A stretch of DNA of 64,000 bases from the NCBI GenBank assembly GCA_028873375.1, contig JAGWKU010000001.1:11763-75762 (forward strand). The letters are read 5' to 3'. Below, piece after piece: positions 1 to 7,564 of this stretch. This DNA comes from Verrucomicrobiota bacterium (GTDB taxonomy: Bacteria > Chlamydiota > Chlamydiia > Chlamydiales > SM23-39). The translations under genes were made by a program, and so were the position numbers. How positions within the stretch are numbered: position 1 is the stretch's first letter; each line of letters starts with the position of its first letter. The notes under the pieces are model-generated. The model was not told the DNA's origin and did not search any database. It saw only the letters and a list, made by a program, of their open reading frames with translations.

Positions 1-468
1 GCCGGGATCGTTCATCGCGTGGAACTAGAAACCATGTATGATTTTCTTTGGGGACTGGGAGCACGGGCGATTCTTTACGAGTGGGGGAATGTTTGTTTAG
101 GTGTTGGGGGGCGTTATGAGCAGTCGGATTACGGCCCTGTTTGGATGACGGTCGATGGGGCTGCTAAATCGGCCAATGGGACTCTTCTTCATTGGAGCGA
201 GTGGCAAATTGATCTCGCCATTTCTTATGCGATTGATATTTTTACTCCTTATTTAGGGGTGACTTATACCAATGCCAAGGCAACATTAGGAACCTTTACT
301 ATGGCTATTGCGGGGGACGACTCAGGGAATAATAGCTTCAAAAATCGAACTCCCGTAGGAGTTTGCATCGGATGCTCCTTAAGCACAAGTAAGTTTTTCA
401 TGCTCAACGTAGAAGGACGCCTCATTGACGAAGAAGCTGTTACTATTTCAGGCGACTTTAGGTTTTGA
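1..468 (+). CDS. Chlamydial MOMP-family outer-membrane porin, C-terminal part (5' end outside window)
   Basis: The frame-1 ORF is open to position 1. The segments WQIDLAISYAIDIFTPYLGV and VEGRLIDEEAVTISGDFRF resemble the conserved MOMP C-terminus as I recall it (FTPYIGVKW ... ETRLIDERAAHVNAQFRF). The terminal Phe is typical of OM beta-barrels. Confidence 0.75.
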   Translation, partial: AGIVHRVELETMYDFLWGLGARAILYEWGNVCLGVGGRYEQSDYGPVWMTVDGAAKSANGTLLHWSEWQIDLAISYAIDIFTPYLGVTYTNAKATLGTFTMAIAGDDSGNNSFKNRTPVGVCIGCSLSTSKFFMLNVEGRLIDEEAVTISGDFRF

Positions 469-1195
469 AATTCTTTTCTGCCTTTTCGCAAACAAAATCG
501 AGGCTGTTCCTGTTGGGAATCCCGCTTCGCCGGCCATTCTTCAGGAAGGAATTTTTCTCTCTGATGCAGGGTGGACTCAACCAAGGCTGGGCTTCCTCGA
601 AGATTTTACCCTCAATCATCCCTTAGCCGGTGACTCTCTTCACGCCGTTTCTGCCGAAGGTTTTTCGGCAGCTGGAGCCTTGATTTGGTCTCTTTTTGAA
701 AGGCTTGATCTCTCTCTTTTACTAGGAAGCGGGAACTATTATTTCCAGATGGTTCAAGGCGATGAGGCTCTTACAGCCCAAGTGAATGGAGGGTTGATTT
801 GGTATGGAGAGGCGAGGCTGGTCCTTTTAGAAGTAGAAGATACGACCTTCAGTGCCTTTGGAGAAGCTGGCGGATGGAATTGGATGAGAGGTCCTTTCTA
901 TATCGATAGTCACCCTGTTGCCAACAGAGCTGCTTTGAAAATGAGATTTTGGGAGGTCGGCGTAACGCTTTCTCAACAGGTGGGTCTCTTTTCTCCTTAC
1001 GGTGGAGTAGTTGTCATGCAATCTCGCTGGAAAATGTCGGAGACCAATACGGGGATCTATTACTTTCATCAAAAATATCCTGTCGGTCCATTGCTAGGCT
1101 GTACGATCAGCAAGTCTTCGAAAATTCTTTTAAATCTCGAGTGGCGTGGCTGGATAGAAAATGCGTTCACTCTTTCTGGCGAGTTGCGCTTTTAG
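425..1195 (+). CDS. MOMP-family outer-membrane porin paralog
   Basis: A signal-like N-terminus (MTKKLLLF...ANKIEA) is followed by VPVGNPASPAILQEG, compare the MOMP mature N-terminus LPVGNPAEPSL. The C-terminus LSGELRF is paralogous to the upstream ORF. The TTG start at 425 is the only in-frame start and overlaps the upstream gene by 44 nt. Confidence 0.7.
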   Translation: MTKKLLLFQATLGFEILFCLFANKIEAVPVGNPASPAILQEGIFLSDAGWTQPRLGFLEDFTLNHPLAGDSLHAVSAEGFSAAGALIWSLFERLDLSLLLGSGNYYFQMVQGDEALTAQVNGGLIWYGEARLVLLEVEDTTFSAFGEAGGWNWMRGPFYIDSHPVANRAALKMRFWEVGVTLSQQVGLFSPYGGVVVMQSRWKMSETNTGIYYFHQKYPVGPLLGCTISKSSKILLNLEWRGWIENAFTLSGELRF

Positions 1196-1254
1196 CTTTT
1201 GCTTTTTAATTCGACAATCTCTTATCCTATTTAGGTTCATCAATAGGCTTTTTT

Positions 1255-2541
1255 ATGAATCGTTGGATTTTGTTCTCTGCTTCTTGTTTCACTTCCCTCC
1301 TTGCTGCTCAACAAGCCGCTATGCCTCTTCCTATGAATCAGGTGGCTCAAGTTGCCGATGTTCAATATCAAGAGAAACAAGAAGAAAGCGACATGGACGC
1401 CCTCCGTCGCTGGTTACAAGACAAACGTTTTATCAGCTTGAAAGAAACTGGTGGCGATCTCACGATCAGCGGAGAAGTTCGCACCGAATGCCAATACATC
1501 AATGAAAAATCAAAAGCGCAAGGTTCCTCTCAGTACATTCAACAAAGAGGCCAGGGATCTCCTTTAGATAAGCCGAATTTAGTATGGGACGTGGAATTCA
1601 ACTTGATTCTCGACTATCGCTCAGACCGCGCCTGGGCTGCAATGAAATTGGAATTCGATAACGACATGGGAACAAGAAGCGGAACGGTGAATAAGATCCG
1701 CTTAGAAAAGGCCTATCTTGGTGGACGCCTCATTGCGGGCGATACGCTGACCTGGGACGCCGAAATTGGCCGCCGTTATTTGTCTAATGCTTTCGATTCT
1801 AAAATCGAGTTTGGCTCTCTCTTTGATGGCTTGCTTTTCCGCTTTGGTAAGGCGTTTGAAGAGATTGGCGACTTCTATGCAAATCTGGCTGCTTTTCTCA
1901 TCGATGACCGAAACAATAGTTACGGCGAAGTGATGGAGTTAGGAGCGTTAGGTGTTGCTAATACAGGTCTTAACTTGAAATATTCGATCATTAATTGGTT
2001 CAAGCCTGGTATCGACTCAGACAACCCGAATCGATGGAGATTCCTTGTAAATCAATTTTTGGTCTCTTATCAGATGTATCCAGAATGGCTGGGCAAACGC
2101 TACATCAAGTTCTACGGAGCAGGCCTCTTTAACGCATTAGCTCAAGATGTAGTTCAGACTGGGTATAACAAACAGCAATCTGGTTGGTATCTCGGTACTT
2201 CGATTGGAGTTGTAAAAAAAGCGAGAGACTGGGCCGTCGATGTTAACTTTCAGTGGGTCCAAGCACAAGCGATTCCCGATGCCGATGTCTCCGGAATTGG
2301 TCGAGGAAATGCAGCAGGAGTCGGCTTCTATAGCAACCCTATTTCTGGCGGCGCTCCCACAACTCAATCAACAGCGGTAGGGAACTGCAATTATTACGGA
2401 ATGGAAATTGAAGCTCTCTATGCCTTTACCGACAATCTCACATTGCTTCAGAACCTCAAATGGGCCAACACGTTGGATACTGACATTGGACCTAATTTGA
2501 AATACAAGCAGTGGGAAATTGAGTTTATCTACGCTTTCTAA
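1255..2541 (+). CDS. Outer-membrane beta-barrel porin-like protein (428 aa)
   Basis: ATG start with signal peptide MNRWILFSASCFTSLLAAQQA. Alternating amphipathic segments and the C-terminal EIEFIYAF (terminal Phe) fit a beta-barrel. It is the third OMP gene in a row. The family is not recognised precisely. Confidence 0.6.
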   Translation: MNRWILFSASCFTSLLAAQQAAMPLPMNQVAQVADVQYQEKQEESDMDALRRWLQDKRFISLKETGGDLTISGEVRTECQYINEKSKAQGSSQYIQQRGQGSPLDKPNLVWDVEFNLILDYRSDRAWAAMKLEFDNDMGTRSGTVNKIRLEKAYLGGRLIAGDTLTWDAEIGRRYLSNAFDSKIEFGSLFDGLLFRFGKAFEEIGDFYANLAAFLIDDRNNSYGEVMELGALGVANTGLNLKYSIINWFKPGIDSDNPNRWRFLVNQFLVSYQMYPEWLGKRYIKFYGAGLFNALAQDVVQTGYNKQQSGWYLGTSIGVVKKARDWAVDVNFQWVQAQAIPDADVSGIGRGNAAGVGFYSNPISGGAPTTQSTAVGNCNYYGMEIEALYAFTDNLTLLQNLKWANTLDTDIGPNLKYKQWEIEFIYAF

Positions 2542-2555
2542 GAACCCAAATCATT

Positions 2556-2575
2556 CCCCGTCCTTTAGGGCGGGG
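2556..2575. terminator. GC-rich hairpin between convergent genes (possible bidirectional terminator)
   Basis: CCCCGTCC-TTTA-GGGCGGGG forms an 8-bp stem including one G.U pair. It sits 15 nt after the porin stop and 16 nt after the minus-strand MFS gene stop. No clear U-tract follows on either strand. Confidence 0.45.
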
Positions 2576-2590
2576 TTCATCTGGATAGGT

Positions 2591-4321
2591 TCAAGCTTCT
2601 TTCGAAAAATTGAGCGCGATCTGTTTTTGATACCACTTGAAAAAGAGGAATCGTTTGGAGATCCGCTCTTTTTTTCCATGTACAAAAGCAATCGAATAGT
2701 TCATTTTTACAAACGCTTTTTTGTACATTTCGATCATTTCACGACTATCTGTCCGTCGATGAAGAAAGAGGCAAACTGAGTTATTCTTGGCTTGAAATTT
2801 TTCAATTTGATCAAAGAGCTTTCTAAGAGCGCGGCGCTCTCTGAGTTCTGGTGGCACAATTCGAATGGAATCGATGAAGCCATTGACCCAGGGAAATTTC
2901 TTGAAATAAGCATCTGGCAGTAAGATTTTTAAATTAGGCAGACACGAAGAAAGTAGAATCGCATCCCACCATGAGTTGCTTTGCAAGACGACCAATGTAG
3001 AAAGAGGTGGGATTGGAGAAGTGAGAATCAGTCGCCGAAATCTTTTCAAAATTTTCTTCACGAAGAAGGGAAAAAAAAGGGAAGAGAGGCGACCTGCCAT
3101 GATCAAATTGATGAAGAAAGCAAAGATGCCCATTAAAAAGAAACCGCTAGAAGCCGAAAACCCCAATTCTTCGCTGATAAAATAAAGGCAGAAAGCAGCC
3201 ATCAACACACCAAGAAAACTACAGAAATTCGCTGTAGCGATCACTTGTCCTCGTTTTTCATCTGGGCTGTGAACCTGGATGAATGCATCAAAAGGGATCA
3301 AATAAGCACCCCCAAACATTCCCAACAAACCGAGCCAGATAATGGTCATGATGAGAGAAGAAGAGGTCAAGTGAAGGGCCATGAGGAAAAGAGCGAGAAA
3401 AAAACCTGCAATGCAAGAAAGGCCTGGTTCTACTTTGTCTTTGGAAAGCTGGCCTGCCAATACAGCTCCTATAGCAATTCCCACTGCGGTCGAAAGAAAG
3501 AGATACCCTCCGCCTACTTCGCTCAAATTGAGTGATTGCATCGCAAAAGGGATGATGTTTAATTGCGTAAACGCTCCACAAAAGAGAAAAAAGGAAGTTC
3601 CAAAGATTGCTGGCAGTAGATGGGGAATTTGCCAGCTCATTCGCAACGTGTCATAAATTTCGTAAAGGAAAAAAGGATTGATCTTTTTAGGAGAATTTTG
3701 AGGGGCAGTGCGACCGATTCCTAGAGAGGCGACAAGACCTGCCACCGCAATGAGAACGCAAAAAATAGCCTCCAGAATAAAATTTTTATCCGTGATGTCG
3801 ACTATGAAAGAGGCCAAAAAAGTGCCTAAAATAATCGCCAGATATGTCAAAGAGGTCATCGAGGCGTTGGCTTTAGAGACCATTTTCGATTCTACCAGCT
3901 CAGGAATGACGCCATACTTAGAGGGGCCAAAAAGAGCGCTTTGGGCGGCCATGAAAAAAAGGGCCGTATAGGTGCCGATATGAGATTCAAAATAAACAGC
4001 GGCCAATCCAAATACCATAATGAGCAGCTCGAGAATTTTGGCAAATACGATGATCGTTCGCTTACTGATCCGATCTGCTAAAACACCTGCTCCGGCAGAA
4101 AAGAGAAGAAAAGGAATTACAAAGATTGCGCCCGCTAAAGAGAGAATTGTATTAGCGGAAGCGGGACCTTCTATATTGATGAGAAAATAAATAACGAGAA
4201 GTTTGAAAATATTATCATTGAGAGCGCCCAAAAATTGCGTCACATTCAAAAGATAAAAAGAGCGATAATCGGTATGAAAGAACCAACGCAATGCCGCCTC
4301 TTTTTTTATTTTAGGGCTCAA
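2591..4321 (-). CDS. MFS transporter (LplT-like) fused to a C-terminal PlsC-type acyltransferase-like domain with degenerate catalytic motifs
   Basis: The first ~400 aa carry many hydrophobic helices and the MFS-like signature GVLADRISKR. The C-terminal ~170 aa resemble lysophospholipid acyltransferases, but the H(X4)D box reads SNSWWD and the FPEGTR box reads FLHRRTDS. TTG start at 4321. Confidence 0.6.
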   Translation of the reverse strand: MSPKIKKEAALRWFFHTDYRSFYLLNVTQFLGALNDNIFKLLVIYFLINIEGPASANTILSLAGAIFVIPFLLFSAGAGVLADRISKRTIIVFAKILELLIMVFGLAAVYFESHIGTYTALFFMAAQSALFGPSKYGVIPELVESKMVSKANASMTSLTYLAIILGTFLASFIVDITDKNFILEAIFCVLIAVAGLVASLGIGRTAPQNSPKKINPFFLYEIYDTLRMSWQIPHLLPAIFGTSFFLFCGAFTQLNIIPFAMQSLNLSEVGGGYLFLSTAVGIAIGAVLAGQLSKDKVEPGLSCIAGFFLALFLMALHLTSSSLIMTIIWLGLLGMFGGAYLIPFDAFIQVHSPDEKRGQVIATANFCSFLGVLMAAFCLYFISEELGFSASSGFFLMGIFAFFINLIMAGRLSSLFFPFFVKKILKRFRRLILTSPIPPLSTLVVLQSNSWWDAILLSSCLPNLKILLPDAYFKKFPWVNGFIDSIRIVPPELRERRALRKLFDQIEKFQAKNNSVCLFLHRRTDSREMIEMYKKAFVKMNYSIAFVHGKKERISKRFLFFKWYQKQIALNFSKEA

Positions 4322-4557
4322 TCAAAGTTAAAGATATCTGAGGCAGTTGCAAAACTCATTTGACCGTTAAAACCGCCCTTTTGAGGCCATTTGCGTCCAT
4401 TCTCCTCAGTCGGCCCGCTTGGGCTGACCTCGTCAAATGGACCGTGGTGGCTTTGCCACCACTCGCAAATGACCTCAAAATCATCGATTTTCCCGGGCAA
4501 AGCAGTTTTGCAACTGCCTCGTCTTTGTAGATTATCCGCTCTCTCGAGCATTTTCAA
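4318..4557 (-). CDS. Possible small protein (77-79 aa) translationally coupled to the MFS/acyltransferase gene
   Basis: Its TGA stop overlaps the TTG start of the downstream gene (TTGA). Once recC is started at 4607, no real gene overlaps this ORF. I recognise no homology. Confidence 0.3.
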   Translation of the reverse strand: MKMLERADNLQRRGSCKTALPGKIDDFEVICEWWQSHHGPFDEVSPSGPTEENGRKWPQKGGFNGQMSFATASDIFNFD

Positions 4558-4606
4558 TAGGAATGATTTGCTTTCGCATGCTAAATTTTGCCATACTCCA
4601 TCTTTT

Positions 4607-7564
4607 ATGTCGGAGCAGATTCTTCTCTTTAGTCATTCTCTCGATCAATTGGTTGATGAGCTAGCAAATCAGCTGGCCCTCACTACTCTTTTTTCGTCTC
4701 CTTTGATCATCATTCCCCACCTTTCCATGAAAGAATGGCTACAAATCGAGCTTGCTAAGCGGGCAAAAAATCGAGGAGTAGCTGCGCTCCATTTTGCTAC
4801 TTGGCAGCAAGGAATTCAACGGTTGACAGAGCCATTGCCAACTCCAAGTCGGGCTGAATTATTTGCGGCGATTTGGATAGCCTTAAAAGAGGAGCCGCCT
4901 ATTCAGTGCCAACCTTTTTTAGCGACTCAGCGAAAAATGCTCGATTTTGCAAATCGCTTGGCCGCTGAATTTTGGGAAGGCAGCTTGTATGGGTTCGTAC
5001 AAGAAGAGAGTTGGCAGAAACTTTTTTTTGATAAAATTTTCAAAATCCATCACTGGCTACCTCTTTATCTTGCAATAGAACAAGCGCCAATCGATGATTC
5101 AACACCTCTTTTTCTCTTTGGAATCGATTTTTTGCCTTCCGCCGTGCATCAATTTTTTTGGAAGCATCCAACCTTGAATGTCTTTCGCTTTTCTCCCTGC
5201 GCTATGTTTTGGGAAGACATTCGCTCAGTTTCTGAACAGAAATCCATCTTGCGCCAATGGAAACGGAAAAGGGTCTCATTGAACCGTTTAGAGTCGCTCG
5301 AGGGATTGCTTCGCGAAGGTCAACCACTTCTTGCTAACTGGGGTTTTATCGGTCGCAAAATGTTGGGACAACCTATCGAAGAAGAGGTTCAAGTTTTTGA
5401 AAATTATGAACTTAGAGACAAATGTAAAGCGGCTTTACATTTAATTCAGGAAGATTTTTTGTTACTGCAAACGAGAGAATCAACCCCTTTAGATGACTCG
5501 ATTCAATTGATCCAGGCGGGAGCTTCTAAACTGCGCGAAATCGAACTGCTTCGGGATGAGGTGATCCGTTTAGCGGCTAACGGCTTCTCTTTCTCTGAAG
5601 TGCGGGTTTATGCGCCTGACATCGATGTATATGCCCCTCTGATCCAATTTGTGTTTAGTGATCCTATTCAGTCCATTCCGTTTCGCATTGCGGGACTTAA
5701 CCTCTCTTGTCAAAGCCCCTTTTATCAAGCGCTCACTCGTTTATTTGACTGTGTAACCGGTCGATGGAGTGCGAAGGATTTGCTCGTCCTTTTCGAGAAT
5801 CCCTCTTTTGCTTGTAAAGCCAGTTGGAAAGAGGAGGATTTAGAGCAATTGCGCTCGTGGGTTGAGTATGCGCATGTTCGCTGGGGAATCGATGGGGCTC
5901 ATAGAAATGAGATTGGAGCTGAAAATGTCGAAGCTCCCACTTCTTCTTTAGGTAGTTGGGAAGAAGGTTTTGATCGCTTGATCGATGGATGGCTCTTTTT
6001 GCGTCCGGAGCGCGAGGATTTTATCCAGTGGAGCAATGCTGATTTATTTCAACATTTCTGCAATGTATTCCATGGATTGCGGAGCACGCTGGCTCCTTGG
6101 AAAAGAGAGCGCTCATTGAAAGAGTGGGCCGATGAAATTTCTGAATTAGCGACTGCCTACCTTGTTTTAAACGAGGACTTGGAATCAGATACAGCGGCGC
6201 ACAAGGATTTCTTTCGTTTTTTAGAAACTCTGCGTCATGCCCAAGAGGCCTTTCCTAATCAGACATTTCCCTTTTCGTGGGTTCGAACTTTGTTCTCTCC
6301 TTCTACTCTAGGTACCCAGGGAAGATCTCTTTTGCATGGCGTTTCATTTGCCTCTCTTGAACCAGGTGCTGTTTTGCCTGCTCGGGCTCTATTTTTGATT
6401 GGTTTAGATGAAGAGAGCTTTCCTCGAGCACCCTCTTTTCTCCGCTCTACAGAGGCGCCGCAGCAAAATCAATGGGATCGCTATCTATTTTTAGAAGCAG
6501 TATTCGCAGCCAAAGAGCGGCTGATTTTTAGTTATTGCCACCGCTCTAAAGAGGATGGTAAAGCCGTCAGTCCTTCTCTTCTGATTCAAGAGCTTTATAG
6601 CTATTTGAATGCCTCTTTACCGGAGGTAGCTCCTCCCGCGTCTTCGATTGATCCGCGTTGCTTTACAGGAAATGGCGCCTCTCTTTCTGATTACCACGTC
6701 GCTCAAGCAGCTCTCTCACCAACTCCTCATGCTCTGTTTTCTAATATGGAGAAAGTGCCAGACGAGGCGATGCCTTCTCATGCAACGCTGACTCTCGGAG
6801 AGCTCAATCGTTTCATGAGGCATCCGTGGCAGAATTATTTACAGGAAATCGTCGGCCTAGAATTCAAAGAAGAGAGCGAATCAGAATGGAAAGACTTTGA
6901 ATTTTCTCCTCTTTTTCAACATCGCTTCCTTCAAAAAGCTTTGCAAGGTCAACCAATAGAAACAGGATTTCCATTGGGGCTTTTGGGAGAAGAGGCAAAA
7001 CGTTCGATGGAAGAGAAGGTTCGTGAATACAAAGCTCGCTTGCGAGAATGGAATATCTCTTCGATGAGCGAAAGAAAGGGAAAGCTAGTTTTGAAATGGG
7101 AAACATCCACCATTCGCTTGATTGGATCTGCTTCATTGGCAGTACCAGATGGCTTGCTTTACATTGGCGACGATTCGATTCGAGGAATGCTTCGGAGGTG
7201 GCCTGAACTTCTTTTTAGTTTAGCATACAGTGAGACCCGTCGTATTTATTGTATGCGGAGCGGTCGAGTGAGAGAAGTAATAGAACCGCTTTCTTCCCTC
7301 CAGGCGATTGTAGAACTCTATTATCGATGCCGTTTTTTACCTCTTTTTTTACATCCCGATTGGGCCGATGAATTGCTACGCAAAGGAGTCTCTCCCGATC
7401 GAGACTGTGACGATCCTCTTCTCGAATGGACTTTGGAAAGAAGCTCCTCGTTTGATTTGCAAAAAGAACAAATTACTTGGAGAGAAACGTTAGAAAAGAC
7501 CTTCACCTCTTTGATTTCTTTATTCCCCACTCGAAAATCGAGAGGTGCTCATGCAGAAGTTTGA
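4607..7564 (+). CDS. recC: Exodeoxyribonuclease V gamma subunit RecC
   Basis: The length (~985 aa), the N-terminus MSEQILLFSHSLDQLVDELANQL (compare E. coli MLRVYHSNRLDVL) and the position directly upstream of recB-recD support the call. I start at ATG 4607, not the ORF-track start at 4391. Confidence 0.85.
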   Translation: MSEQILLFSHSLDQLVDELANQLALTTLFSSPLIIIPHLSMKEWLQIELAKRAKNRGVAALHFATWQQGIQRLTEPLPTPSRAELFAAIWIALKEEPPIQCQPFLATQRKMLDFANRLAAEFWEGSLYGFVQEESWQKLFFDKIFKIHHWLPLYLAIEQAPIDDSTPLFLFGIDFLPSAVHQFFWKHPTLNVFRFSPCAMFWEDIRSVSEQKSILRQWKRKRVSLNRLESLEGLLREGQPLLANWGFIGRKMLGQPIEEEVQVFENYELRDKCKAALHLIQEDFLLLQTRESTPLDDSIQLIQAGASKLREIELLRDEVIRLAANGFSFSEVRVYAPDIDVYAPLIQFVFSDPIQSIPFRIAGLNLSCQSPFYQALTRLFDCVTGRWSAKDLLVLFENPSFACKASWKEEDLEQLRSWVEYAHVRWGIDGAHRNEIGAENVEAPTSSLGSWEEGFDRLIDGWLFLRPEREDFIQWSNADLFQHFCNVFHGLRSTLAPWKRERSLKEWADEISELATAYLVLNEDLESDTAAHKDFFRFLETLRHAQEAFPNQTFPFSWVRTLFSPSTLGTQGRSLLHGVSFASLEPGAVLPARALFLIGLDEESFPRAPSFLRSTEAPQQNQWDRYLFLEAVFAAKERLIFSYCHRSKEDGKAVSPSLLIQELYSYLNASLPEVAPPASSIDPRCFTGNGASLSDYHVAQAALSPTPHALFSNMEKVPDEAMPSHATLTLGELNRFMRHPWQNYLQEIVGLEFKEESESEWKDFEFSPLFQHRFLQKALQGQPIETGFPLGLLGEEAKRSMEEKVREYKARLREWNISSMSERKGKLVLKWETSTIRLIGSASLAVPDGLLYIGDDSIRGMLRRWPELLFSLAYSETRRIYCMRSGRVREVIEPLSSLQAIVELYYRCRFLPLFLHPDWADELLRKGVSPDRDCDDPLLEWTLERSSSFDLQKEQITWRETLEKTFTSLISLFPTRKSRGAHAEV
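5420..5442. repeat. Palindromic repeat AAATGTAAAGC-g-GCTTTACATTT, copy inside recC
   Basis: Perfect 11-bp arms with one centre nucleotide. It is read in frame as KCKAALHL. Confidence 0.95.

Noticed and set aside
4391-4606. The ORF track gives recC an N-terminal extension starting at 4391.
   Set aside because: The extension is low-complexity and out of character. It would overlap the divergent small ORF and the promoter region. ATG 4607 yields the RecC-like N-terminus MSEQILLFSHSLDQL.
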